Assembly: GCA_973895155.1 (NCBI GenBank)
Contig: OZ316898.1
Location: 7,117,079-7,181,078 of the forward strand
Origin: Marsupella aquatica
Lineage: Eukaryota > Plantae > Marchantiophyta
Length of the DNA: 64,000 nt
Direction of reading: 5' to 3'
The position numbers and the translations under genes were made by a program. A model generated the notes under the pieces. That model did not search any database, had not been told where the DNA came from, and saw only the letters and a list, made by a program, of their open reading frames with translations. This document shows positions 37,854 to 50,154 of this stretch, piece after piece (position 1 is the stretch's first letter; the number at the start of each line of letters is the position of its first letter).

Positions 37854-39951
37854 ATATATTTCAAGGTTTTTTAATTTTTAGCCAGTGTGGCAAATGTTGG
37901 CTTCCATGATGGAGTAGATTCTAGGAATATTCTCTATCAGATTTTTTGAATTACATCATGACAGTCAGATAACCCTAGATTTAAGGAGTACTGTTAGATT
38001 CCGGCTAATGGGGTCCATGATTTGACAAATATTCTAGCAAAAATTTTTGCTAGACAAATTTTTGATAACCATTTTTTGAGGAGGTGGAATTTGGCTTGGA
38101 ATTAAATTCGCACTTCAAAAATACTTTTGTCAAGAGGGAGTAGGTGGAATTTGGCTTGGAATTTGGCTTGGAATTTGGCAAAAATTCGCACTTCAAAACT
38201 ACTTTGGTCAAGAGGGAGTGATCGTACTCCTTGCCCATGGCCCATGGAACCTTGCCCTTAAGGCGGAATCTTCAGTCCTGCAGAGGGTGTCATCATTTGA
38301 GAGAAAAGCTTTCGAAAAGTCTCTTTCAACACAGGGCTGATCGCAGATCAAATGATCACGAACAAGTGTGTCATTCTCCCTTTTCTTATCCAAGAATAAT
38401 TGACATCGTGGACGAACGCAGGACTTGAAAGGGTGTCCGTGTGACCACAACACAATCGAGAAGACAAATTTCCCAAACAGAATAGGTGACTTCTCTCTGC
38501 TGCATTGTTACCTCAGTATGATTGCACAGCACAACAGCCATTTCGATTATACAACGGTGATGTCGGAAATTGCTTCCTTGCTGTCGCTCTTTAGAGCACC
38601 CCCTTCTATTTCTTTTTGCTGTCACTCTCTCCCTTAAGGATGGGATTCGAAAGATTATCAAGATTATTCGATCTGAGTTGAACTGGAGAAAATATTCATT
38701 ATTCACCCATTTCAAATCACGACCGACCTTTTGAGATGACGTGCTTTCAGAAACAGAAAGTGGTACTTTTTCTTTTCTTCATGTATATAGTAACGTCCTT
38801 TTTGCTATAATGCCCCGAAAAACCAGAGCTTCAACTCGAGTCTACAGGGGCTATTATTGTCCATAATGCTCTGAGCAAGACCTTAAGAAACTTACAGGTT
38901 TAAGAGATTTTTCATTTTACTAGCTAGTTTCAGTAACAGTAGAGGAGTATTTTCATAATGAACTGATCCAAATATTCACTAGGAACTTTCCGCATCAACG
39001 CCCGCAAAATTGCAATTAAAGATAAAATTCACGAAGGGCATTCGGACACTTTCTTTCCGAGACGAATGTCGATGAAGGTTGACTTCATGACAAACAGAAT
39101 CAAGAAACCGAGGCCGAGCATCACAATTCATCTTCGGGTTCCAAGTTTGTACTGCATTGAATGCTTGTACTGGGAGTGTCAAGTACGAGTGTTACAGAAA
39201 TTGACATTAGGACATCCAAGTCGACTGTATATCGAACATTTAGCTTGACCTGTTTCGTAAAACAGTCGTCTCTCTCAATTGCATATCTTGATTTCTTGAG
39301 ACGCGAAAAACGTGAAGCGTCGAGGATTTGATGTCTGGAAGGCGGTAACAGGAGGTTCTTTCACCATTTAAACAATTAAAGACCAGTCTGGGATCCACCA
39401 CTCTCCAAATTAGGCAAAAGGGTTCAACGACCAGGTATAGAATTATTCAATTCAGATGTATGTGTCTGTGACCTGCAATAGTGTCACGAGAAATGAGCCT
39501 CGAAAAGTCAGGGCGCGGGGTCCACCTGTGTGGCCAGCGAACCTACTAATATAGCAAGCATGGCAAGCACTGAAACGAGACAAATCAGTAAAGTTTGTGA
39601 GCTTTTCCAAGAGGTCACCGACCCTTTGCTCTGGGTACTTTAAAAGAACTTGTGGGAGCTACAGAATATGTCAGTGTTCACCCATTGCAAAGGTGAGGTC
39701 TATTGCATACACTACCAGTTCAAATGTGTCAGGTCTAGAGAAAATAAATGCAAGATCCTGAAAAGAAATGGACCAAGCTGTCCTTTCTTTAGACCACCTC
39801 AAAAGATCCAAGGTTTTGATAAAACAGCATGGCCACATCAGAAGAAAAGGGCTCAGTAGCAGGTGATAGGATCTGTAATGGTTTTAATAGACTGTGCCCC
39901 CAAGTTTATGTAATGTGAAGTCTCACTTGTTCACATTTTGAATGGTTACCA

Positions 39952-40198
39952 TTGCATCTCAGACATAGAAACAAAAAGAGACTCACACATTTGAATGGCT
40001 GGGTTAGGATTGCATGTCAGACATAGAAATAAAAAGAGACTCACACATTTGAATGGCTGGGTTAGGATTGCATCACATGCATAGAAATGAAAAGAGACTC
40101 ACACATTTGAATGGCTAGGATTGCATCACAGGCCGAGAGATAAAAAGTGACTCACACATGTGGATGACTAGGACTGCATCTCAGACATAGAAATGGAA
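39952..40198. repeat. Tandem repeat, ~55-59-bp unit, 4+ copies
   Basis: Unit TTGCATCTCAGACATAGAAA.AAAAGAGACTCACACATTTGAATGGCT. Confidence 0.9.
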
Positions 40199-42937
40199 AG
40201 GGACCTACCATCAAGTTCTCAGAAAGACAGTTAGAATACATTGATTGACCCTTCGAGGAAGGGGAACGAGTCCTTCGCGAGTGATTGAGTTGGGTACATT
40301 TGCAAATTCGCAGAAGAGGCTGTCTAACCACTGTGGTCTATTGGACACAAAAAGGAGATGAAGATCCATCAGTTTCTTCTGCCTCACATCACTCTCAGTC
40401 TCGATGGGTTCCGGATGCTGCAAAACTTTTCTTCTGTCTTCCTTCTGTCGATTGGACAGGTCACCGGTGTCGGCGCCCGAGCATTTCAATTAGCGCTCTG
40501 AGGATCCGTGAAGGTGAAGGCCATGTGACATCCTCGTGCCGCTCAGGTTGTCCATTTCTACGGTAGGTCATTGAATCAGCCGCTACTGTACTTTGTCATT
40601 AAGATTTTGTCGTTTCAATGGATGAGGCAGTACTCGAATGAACATGGGGAAGCCATGTGCGGAATGATTTGGGTACTTTGCACCCACACTATGCATGCCC
40701 ATTCCTCTGGAATTCCGTTTTCATCTTCTGACTTGCATTCCAGTGCAACACTTCGACTATGATCATATCTCTGAAGACTTAGTTTTCATGGATTAACTAG
40801 CCCTCGCAGCAAATGGTGGACAGGTAGCTCGATCTTTGCCATTCACAGAGAAGAAGGTATGGCCCAATCTCTCCGTCCACAAGAACAAAACTATTTGCGA
40901 AAAATAATGAAGTTTAGGCGAACTTGAAAAACGCAGCTGAGCTTTCCCCATGAGAAAGATGGTCGTAAGATGGAGCTTCTCCTAGACTTCTCGCTTGATG
41001 TCTGCCTTTTCATGGTCATGTTAGAGTAAAAAGCTGAGCCCTATGCAAATCCTCTGACTAAAGAAAGACTTCAAAAGCTTATGATGGCGGAAACGTTTCG
41101 AGCACACCAAAAACTTGCTCGTTGTATTTGGAGGATCGAGTGAGGATTAGTATTTAAGGGTATTGGCAGCTTTAAAGAATGCCCTCTTGAGAAAACGCAA
41201 ACGAATGCGAAAGACTCCAGTAAGGCGACACAACACAGGTAAAGGGGTATCAGTTCCATGCGAAGAGACAAGGAAAGCATTGTTAGCAATTCATTGATGC
41301 AGCGCCAAGGCCCTGGTCCGGTGGGACCAAGCGACAGTGCAGGTTGAAATTAAGGAGTTAAACTCATACAGAGACTGTCCTCAAGATTCTGTTCGAACAA
41401 ATTCGAGTCGAGAATAACATCGCATTTCATGATAACTCTGGGCTGAATCTGAAGAAAATTGGGCACAAAACATTTTCTGCTAGAGTAATTAAGTATCCAA
41501 TGGCATGGACCTGGTGATACCAAACGGGGCTCTCCCTTCAATTCTTTCAAACTGCAAAAGATAAGGGCAAAGCAAACACCTGATGAAAATTGCTCTTCGC
41601 AATCGAAGAAAAGTACAGGTCAGAACGCAGGCGTGATGACGGCTATCCAATCAGAAGTGAAAAGGTTTCATCAGAGACGGCACGTGGAAGTACAAATTAT
41701 GAAATAATGAGCAAAAGCTCCTATCAGAGCACATTAATCCTATTGTAAGAGGTCGGCGAAACTTCTGAGTGTCTGTATGGCCCAAATGAATCGGCCGCGC
41801 AAAGGGTAGCATCTGGGATTAGCGTGAGGGACCTCTATTGTAAAGCTGATGAGAGCATTGAGAGAGAATGCCACCCCCAAAAGACGACGGAGGGCACATC
41901 AACGTCCGTAGTTTTACTTTGGTTGATAATATAAGTAGTATAAAGAAGGCATTGATCAGATCCCAATCGGCTTGACCACCACAGGTCAATGAAGGTCCAT
42001 TTTCGAGTTGATCCATACAGGTTAGCTTCCAGATAGATTTCACTAGTTAATATACAGCACTGGGTCGTTGAGCAACAACTCAGTCCGACTCAGTTTGTCC
42101 ACCCAGTGAAGCTCTGGTGGTGTATTCCTATCATAACACCTGCTAGACCCAAATCTTCTACTGCTTTAAGGAGGTCCCTTCCACGCAGCATCCGTGCTAT
42201 GAAATCTAGTCATCACCGTGAAAACAAGTTCATGAAACAACAACAAAAATCATCAGTGAAGAAAGTGCATGGACAAAAATAAAGCTTTCCCGTGATTGTG
42301 GCGACTAGATGTTCTCTGCAATTGTTAGAAGAAAGTACGGGGAAAAAAAATTAAATGCTGCGTGTTTTCCAATGTAAAACACTAGGCACGAAAACCATGA
42401 TGACGAAACGGAACAATTAGAACGGATTGAAATCGTGTGTCACACTACCTGTCAGACCATTGAACTTCATCATGTGTGGCACCGATAGGTTACCATAGGA
42501 TGAAGTCTTTCATTGATTTCCTTACAGGGTGCAGGTCGACAAAAAGCACTTACCTGCGAACAGAATTTCTGTCCCTGCTTAAGAGCAATCTGGCTACCTA
42601 ATAGAATGGTGAGGTCAGAGAAGGCCCGAATTGTCACTTTTCTGACCGAGACCGATCACCTAACAGGAGAAGAGATACAAAGATCCCAGTGAAGAAACAA
42701 AGATCAGTGCAGCTATGGTAGAACAGCATTGCACTGAACGGCGACCTCGGCGACTTCTCTCCTCAGACTCATGCAGGACTCTCAGAATTCCCGCAGAATC
42801 ATCTCTGCTGTGCACTGAAAGACTAAAGCAATTTGAGATCTCCACTTCTAACAACAACCCCCTCCCCTCGTCTTAAAACCTTTCGAAACTGGCCTACATG
42901 CTCTACAATAGAAAAAATAAGCTACAAAATCGAGGAC

Positions 42938-45415
42938 TTAGAATCGCTCTCCAAATCTTACAGATAGTGACCCACTACCCTCGTTGCAATCCATGGCATA
43001 CTCAGCCCTGATAGTACCCAGCTTCACCCCAACACCGTAAGTAGCTCCATTGCCAGCTCGTCTGAAATATTCAGTTGGATTTCCCCTCACGTCCTTCGAG
43101 CTTCCAAGGTCGGTTCCATACTCCGCGAAGGCATAGGTGTGTGAATTCTTTATAGGGATCCGAACTTCGGTAGCAACCTCCAGGAACTTTCTGCAAGCAC
43201 CCAGTTCTCCAATACTGTAGCCTCGTACAGAATACGGGCCACCTAATGTGTATGCATCATAGGTTGCAAGATCTCCCACGCACCCACCATATCGACCATG
43301 AAGTACCAACACAGGAGGCGGTTTGGTTTGATCCTTTGTGTCTTCCGGTTGAAGCTGGACAAAGTGGGTAACGGTAAGTTGATGGCGGTTAAAGAATGGG
43401 AACTTGCTGCCGAGTCCTAATCCTTGATCCCACTGGAATATGTTTCGAGTTCCAATAGGCGTACCGTTCACAAATCGCGTGTTGTCATGGGTAATATTGC
43501 CTTGAAGGAAAGCAACACGGTCAATTCCCGTATCACTGTGTGTCGTTGGAGGACCTTCCATAGACAATGCCCCACTGGGCAGAGTCCTAGATCCGTTGGT
43601 GCAGATGGCACTTGTTTCATCTCTTGTAGTTACCTCTTCCACAACCAAACCGTAAGTGAACTTACTTTGTCGTGTGAAGTTTTCAGTCAAATTTGCTTTA
43701 AAACCAGCTCTATCCACCCAAATGGCCGGTACTTCGTCTTGGCCAGCTCCACCAGTGAACACAGCACTTAGCTTCCGACTATTGAAACAGCTTGCTCGAA
43801 ATGTGCGGCTCCGGGGGTCATCTACTCCATCGACATAAGGGTGGACGTACTCTGCCTTGAAGCCAAGATCATCTTGAGGGTTTAGTAGGTTACTGGAGGT
43901 GACGCAGCCTAGGATGGAGCGATTCAAGCCATAGAGGTTACGGTGCTCAAAAGTAACGCTTCCGCCGGGTCGAATTGAAGCCAGGGTCGGACGACCAGAA
44001 CTTCCAGGGAAGACACTCCACTCAGAACTGACTTCAGCTGTTTTCTGCTCGAGCTCCTTCAGCTTCACTTCAACAACAATACCACCATCACTCTCTTCAT
44101 CGGGCCTCGGGTTGACTTCAATGTTGGAGAATAAGGCCAGCCCATTCACATTCCTCAAGGCCTTTTTGCCTGCCTCAATATTAAATACTTGACCGGATGT
44201 GAGCTGTTCTGGTAACTCCCTGCCTATAATTGGCATCTTAGTGACACCCTCACAAGGCACACCCATCTTATCCAAAAATTGAATCTGCAATTTGGTAATG
44301 TCTCCCTCCACAACCTCGCAAACCACCTCATTAGTATTCAAATTCCCAAAATTCACAACTTGGGCACAGGCATATCCTTCCTCGTGGTACCACCTCTGAA
44401 CCCTGTCTCTAATTCTTTGAAGCATCCGGGCAGTGACCCTAGTTTCGGTGCGTAGCCAGCCGGAGATCTCCCGCTCGACACTCTTGGGCAGCATGCAGGG
44501 TCTAGCTCTCCTGAGGCGACTCTTATATTCATCTTCCTGAACCTTGGCCATTTCCTCTCGCTGCTGATCCGTCATCGTCGTTTCGGTCTCAGGCAGACGG
44601 CTCTGAGAGAGCAATCCAACATTTACACATCTGAATGAGTCTGCAGGTTGCCATTGGCTCTCCACAAACGAAATCTGCATTTTCAAGCTTCCGTCGGTTT
44701 GGGTCAACCCTTCCATCTCCACGGTTTGGAACATTCCACAATTCAGTAAGTTGTCCACCTCAGCATCAAGCTGTGCCTTCGTAGCAATCCCTCCAGGGCG
44801 CAACGTTACCAGCTCATAGAATGGGTCCTTTCCATTAACAGGCTGCTTGGTCCGCTTATCTATCAACTCTACACCTGTGATCTTATATTTCTTATTAGGA
44901 TTCAGCTTGCTTACGTGCACCTTAATGTCCACTTTCAAACCGTGGGGATCAAAACCTTCAGACTCGTCACCGGCAATGGCCAGACCTATATTGTCAAAAA
45001 TTGAGGACCACCCGCTTCCACCATGGCCACCTCCTCCACCTCCACCACCTCCGAAACCCCCACCGTCTCCTCCCAAGCTTCCTCCGCCAAAACCACCACC
45101 CAGGGCAGAGAGAATAGAAACAGCTCCAAGCCCCGAAGTCACTCCTGCCGCACAGGACAGAACTTTGTGCCAGTCTACAGACTTGGAGAGCAGAGAGATA
45201 GACGATATATTTGGGGACAATCGCCTACGCCCCCGGGCCCCTCTTGGCTCTGAAGAAGCTGAGGACGAGCTCCGCAAACAGAAGAATCTCGATGGACTAT
45301 GCAAGGACTGCATGGCCGAATATGTGTCTATCTGCGCTTCTCTACCAGAAAAATGCTGGAGCAATATGCTCCCACCATTTATCCCCGTCGAAGTTCCATA
45401 AGTGAGTCCTTCCAT
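42938..45415 (-). CDS. TOC75: Chloroplast outer-envelope import channel Toc75-III (Omp85/BamA family), intronless, ~825 aa
   Basis: First ATG at 45415. Bipartite transit peptide with a polyglycine stretch, POTRA region (GYACAQVVNFGNLNT), barrel motif SVRGY and C-terminal RFGERF. Confidence 0.96.
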   Translation of the reverse strand: MEGLTYGTSTGINGGSILLQHFSGREAQIDTYSAMQSLHSPSRFFCLRSSSSASSEPRGARGRRRLSPNISSISLLSKSVDWHKVLSCAAGVTSGLGAVSILSALGGGFGGGSLGGDGGGFGGGGGGGGGHGGSGWSSIFDNIGLAIAGDESEGFDPHGLKVDIKVHVSKLNPNKKYKITGVELIDKRTKQPVNGKDPFYELVTLRPGGIATKAQLDAEVDNLLNCGMFQTVEMEGLTQTDGSLKMQISFVESQWQPADSFRCVNVGLLSQSRLPETETTMTDQQREEMAKVQEDEYKSRLRRARPCMLPKSVEREISGWLRTETRVTARMLQRIRDRVQRWYHEEGYACAQVVNFGNLNTNEVVCEVVEGDITKLQIQFLDKMGVPCEGVTKMPIIGRELPEQLTSGQVFNIEAGKKALRNVNGLALFSNIEVNPRPDEESDGGIVVEVKLKELEQKTAEVSSEWSVFPGSSGRPTLASIRPGGSVTFEHRNLYGLNRSILGCVTSSNLLNPQDDLGFKAEYVHPYVDGVDDPRSRTFRASCFNSRKLSAVFTGGAGQDEVPAIWVDRAGFKANLTENFTRQSKFTYGLVVEEVTTRDETSAICTNGSRTLPSGALSMEGPPTTHSDTGIDRVAFLQGNITHDNTRFVNGTPIGTRNIFQWDQGLGLGSKFPFFNRHQLTVTHFVQLQPEDTKDQTKPPPVLVLHGRYGGCVGDLATYDAYTLGGPYSVRGYSIGELGACRKFLEVATEVRIPIKNSHTYAFAEYGTDLGSSKDVRGNPTEYFRRAGNGATYGVGVKLGTIRAEYAMDCNEGSGSLSVRFGERF

Positions 45416-45860
45416 GGTGAAACGGGGGCGAAACAATCTCAAACACAGACCTCACTGTCCTCCAAAAATCTCACTCCACACCTCGCTGCGACAAATCAGT
45501 CCGTCCCAAACAAAAAGCAACAGATTGACCGTCGAAACAGTCTAAACCCTAAATATGTGACGCTCCAGCAAATCATCAGAACGAGAGACTTATCTGCACT
45601 TCTCTACGAGAGAAATGAAGGAGCAATAATGAAGTGCTCCAGTCGTTCATCCCCGTCGAAGTTCCATATGTGCGTCCTTCCATGGCCGAATTGATCGGGG
45701 TGAGCAAAACCATACGCAGACCTCACTCCTGTACTGTGGTGCAAAGATCTGACTCCACACCGACCGAAGCTCAATGCGTCTGAAGCGACACATTGAGGTT
45801 CAAGAGAGCATAAACCCTAAATATGGGACGACCCAGCATATCATGAAGAAGGAGAGATAG
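45330..45860. repeat. Tandem duplication (~265 bp) of the TOC75 5' UTR and first codons
   Basis: 45592-45860 aligns to 45330-45590. Both copies contain CCCCGTCGAAGTTCCATA, CAGACCTCACT and the telobox AAACCCTAAATATG. Confidence 0.85.
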
Positions 45861-47226
45861 GACACAATCTTTTCCACTTCCCACCTTCTTTTGTCTTTTA
45901 GTAAATCCTTTCTGCACCAATTTTGGCCCAAAAAGACACTCAAGGAACAGGTGTGGGATCCAGAATCTTGTATTCCAAGGCGGGGTAATGAAGGAAAATA
46001 TGACCATACCCTGGGTCATTGCGGCCAGGTTGCCATAGCAGCCGGGTTGTTGTTGGCGGAAAATGTGTAGGGTAACCCATCCCCAAGAGGGGGCTGTAAT
46101 CCCCGAGGGCATTGAGCTCGAGGGGGTTACAGCCATTATCCCCAAGTGCGGATGAGTTACTGAGCCTAAAGCCTGAGTGAGTTTTTACACAGCATTCAAT
46201 TTAGTTTTATATAGAAAAAGTCTGTCATTTGTACTTTATTCTATTTTTAATTCACATTTCATAATCCCCAGACCAGGCTAGCCCAGTGGTTCATTGGTTT
46301 CACCCAGGGTAATGCCTCATAACCTTGTACTTACACATATAGAAGGAAAAAAATTCAGGAAGGGTTTATATGTCCTTCTAAGGTTGTCCTTGTGAAATTC
46401 TTGTACTTCAGTTGATTAATTCCTGGTTGTGGACTGGTACATAGGATTGCAGGGTGAGAGCAGGGGTTGTCAAATCAGGGGGATGATGGCAACTTTTTGA
46501 GTTGGGGCTAGGGTTGAGGTAAAAGCTATGGCAACATCGAAGCAAGAGCAAGGCTAACGTGTGGCAAGGTAGAAGCAAATATTAAACCCCACTTCTTCTT
46601 CCCTCCTCCCATTTCCTTTCTCCTTCCTCCCCATGCCCCCTTTTTCCTTCTCTTCCCCCCTCTCCCTCCTCCCAGCCTTCCATACACCCATTCCGGATGA
46701 AAGAAAACAATTTGGGTGCAAGCTCTTGTATGCACTTATAAAAATGGCAAGATCTACTCATAAAGAGCGATCAAAAGCTTACGATGGGCCTATGGTCTAA
46801 ATTCTAGTGACACAGCTCCTGTTGGGGGGAAGAACTGAAAAAAAGGGCACCAGATTAATCATCATCTATTTGTGAACAAAGCTGGGGCATTGAGACTACT
46901 TGAAACGACGGGTAGCCAATAGGAAAAACGTAATAAACATTGGGGACGAAGCATCAACCTTGCAGTAACCCATGTTGTGCACTTATCCACGGTTCAGAGT
47001 AACGAAACACTTCCGCATTACAGTTCACTTCAGTACTGTAGTAAGTTCAAACCCACTAACTTCGTTATCCATTGGAGGAAAACTCGGGTTTGGCGAGCTC
47101 AAACATTGAGTTGCTCATCACAAAAAGCTATGGCGCTGAGACCAGTGTAGATCGCACTGCCTCCTCCTTCTCTTCCTCCTCGTCGAAGTTCCAGCGAGCT
47201 TTGGATCGGGAGCAAGTCCCCCCAAC

Positions 47227-50154
47227 ATGGCGGCGAGCTTGGTCTCCATCTCGGGTCAGCTGGGTTCTTCTCCCGCACTGATTGTCGCAGAATGCGCTCA
47301 CATTGTCGACCAACGAGACAGCAGCAGTGGAGGTCTAGGGTTTATCACCAGGTGGCCACCATTGGGAAGAAGTGCAGGCCTGTCATGTAGTTCTCGTTCC
47401 TCCCGAGCAGCTGTTGTTTTTGCCACAAAGCAGAAGCGCAGAAGTGCGGTTTTGCATATGGATGACGATGTTGAGGATGATGACGAAGACGATAAAGCAA
47501 CGGAATTCGCAGATATGGAAGAGTGGATGAGAGCCAAGCCGTCTGGGTTCGGCGTGAAGCAGTATGATACTTCTTTGGAGGATGGCTTGCTGGCAGAGAT
47601 GGAGGCTGAGGAAAAAGCGCCTCCAGCACTCGCTTCCAAGAAGAAAGCGAAGAAAACACCCAAGGCAACTGAAAAGCAAGGTGCGTTGTTAAGCTCGTCG
47701 AGCTTGGTCACAATTCGTTGGTATTGGTGGTATGTGATTTGGATGACACATTGGCCTTTTCTCAGTTTCAGACTTCGATCAGAGGGCACAAAATTTAGAA
47801 AAGGAAGGAACAGAACCAGCAAACCCGAAAATAATGAAGGTCAAGTGATTTGGATTGTGCTTTTTGGTCTCAGAAGTATCTCTGAATCTATTGCAAAATG
47901 TGAATAACTATTTGTTTTTCAATTGAGTGGTCTTTGAACTTTCACCTTTCGGTGTGGTACACGCTCTGTAAAGTAATTACGTTCTTAACGATTGGTTTTT
48001 GCACAGATGCCCCACCTCAAGGAGTGGAGGTTTATATAGGCAATTTACCTAGGAAGAGAAACGTCGACAGGGATTTGCGAGCAGCTTTTAGGTCTGCTCA
48101 AGGTCTCTTACACGTTCGGCCCATTGTTGATGGGAATGAGAAGACAAGGGAACCTATGTGCAAGGGACTGGCTTTTCTCACATTCGCCTCTGGTCGGGAA
48201 GCAAAAGGGTGAGATCCCCTGTTCCCCCCTTGACGCTCTTTGTGGTCTGAATACCTTCTCTTGTTCTCCCCCATCAGATTGTATCTCACGTTTTAGGTGT
48301 ATTTGTGTTGAGGAATTATTATTTTGAGCTGTTTGAATGACGCAATTTCTGCTTACACAATTTGGTGAATCGATGCTTACACAATAGAGGAATGCGAAAC
48401 TTCTCTCGTCAGTGAAGCTAGACTGGCCTTTTGCTACTCTATACTTTATGCAGTCCTTTGATATGCTATCCGCGTATCCGAAGTTTAAGCTCAGCAGTGA
48501 AGTAGTGAGAGGTTGTCCGTAGGCAATAAACGAGTTTGGCAGAATTTGCTGAAGCTGCGTTTCATCAAATCAGTCTTCCCTTGCATTTAGGTTCACTAAC
48601 TGGTGACGTTGTATTTTTACACATGTGCAGTTTCATTCAAAGGTATAATGGTGAGGATGTCAAGTTTGGAAAGACGGAGAAGAAGGTAGTTTGTGAATTG
48701 GCTGCCGTGAACAGTCCACACAAGAAACAGGTGTCTCAGGCGCGAGGCACAAATGCCCCTCCACTTCAAGTTAGAGATACAGTGCGCAGTTCTCCGTCCG
48801 CAGGAGCTTCCCCTTCCTCTCATATGGATGTAGAACTCGAAGATAAAACCACCTTCTCAGCTGTGGAGAGCAATTCGAGGGATAGACCTTCGCTTTTGAA
48901 TTCGGACAATCTTGAGGGACAGGATGAGGAGATCGATTCCCTGGAGGTGTCAGGGGATGAACTGCTTGCGCAGGAAATTTGGGCAGAGCTTGAGGACGAA
49001 GATGATTTTGAGCTAGACCGGGAACTAGAAGCAGATGAGGAGGAGGACCTTTCCGTTTCACTGAATGTGGAGAACGCCAAGGGTCTTGGTACTGGGAATG
49101 ACTTCGCCCAAGATAGGCAGGAGCTTGGACGAATTGATATCCATGCATCTGACCCCATCGATGAACGCAAGGCTGAGAACGATGTTGTTGTGGAAGCTGA
49201 ACAGACGCAAGCAGGTAGTATTCGAGGGCAAGGGTTCGGTTCTACCTCAAATAGTATGCCTGAAGCTGCAGGAGACAAGGACAGAAGAATACTGGAGTTG
49301 GAATCCAAATTGAAACAGTTACAGGTTCAGCTAGAGAAACGACAAATAAACGCAAAGGCTGGGGAAGACACTCCCAAATCCGACGAAAAAATTGAGGCTT
49401 TAGAAAGGCGGTTGCTTGCCAGGGCAAACAAACTCGAGAAGAACTCCAAAACCGCAAAGGAAGTGACAGGATCAAAGAAGCAGTCTGCAAAAGCAAAAAG
49501 TGTTTTAAGCAGGAATGAGTCTCGGCCCAAACTGGGAGGTGCAAGCAGGTGATGACTTCCTCATTGCACCGAGCTACGTGGGCCTAGAACACCGAGTCCA
49601 TCCCTTGTCTCGTTTAATTACATTCGAACGTTCCGTCCGTCGGATCACTAGAAAGAATTTTATGAAATGGAGATTAGGACTGATAGTGTGTAATAAGTCG
49701 ACCTCAAGACTGACAGTCCGCAAAACTTAAATTGGAATCGTCATTCGATGCTTTGTTGACGATCAAGCTTATGGTACATTGTGGCCCTCTCGGGAGACGA
49801 GCAGTAAATTTACGAAATGCAACTTAGGACTGATCGTGTGTAATAAGTCGACCTCAAGACTAACAGTCCGCAAAACGTAAACTGGAATCGTCATTCGATG
49901 CTTTGTTGAAGATCAGGCTTGTGCTGACATTGGGGCCCTCCTGGGAGACGACCAGTCTTTGGTATGGATGAGAATTGTGTAAGACTAGCTGAATTATTAG
50001 GGTATGACATAGTTCATAGATAAATCCTGTGAAGTGAGGGTTCTTCTCACCTTCTGTGTCGCTTCTCTCTTTCAGGTTAAAGGAGAAAGAAAAACAGCTT
50101 TATACAGGTGTGTTGTCAAAATATTCTCCTTCAGCAAAGGAGATGGCGATGTGA
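47227..50154 (+). CDS. RBD1: Plastid RRM protein, RBD1 (At1g70200)-like, 4 exons, ~550 aa
   Basis: Exons 47227-47680, 48007-48208, 48631-49548, 50076-50154; phases are consistent. RRM VYIGNLPRKRNVDRDL...CKGLAFLTF, KPSGFG motif, and C-terminal RLKEKEKQLYTGVLSKY. Confidence 0.85.
49656..49956. repeat. 150-bp tandem duplication in RBD1 intron 3
   Basis: Two copies of TTAGGACTGAT..GTGTAATAAGTCGACCTCAAGAC...GGGAGACGA.CAGT. Confidence 0.9.

Noticed and set aside
40200-42200. Protein-like minus-strand stretches downstream of TOC75
   Set aside because: Multiple stops and no recognisable family; may be UTR or decayed sequence.
44847-45401. Pro-rich + strand ORF (also antisense ORFs at 5340-5825, 47298-47822, 48820-49308)
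   Set aside because: Antisense shadows of real CDSs, such as the TOC75 polyglycine tract.
45416-45442. ORF-track N-terminal extension of TOC75
   Set aside because: Begins at a non-ATG codon; eukaryotic initiation is expected at the ATG at 45415.
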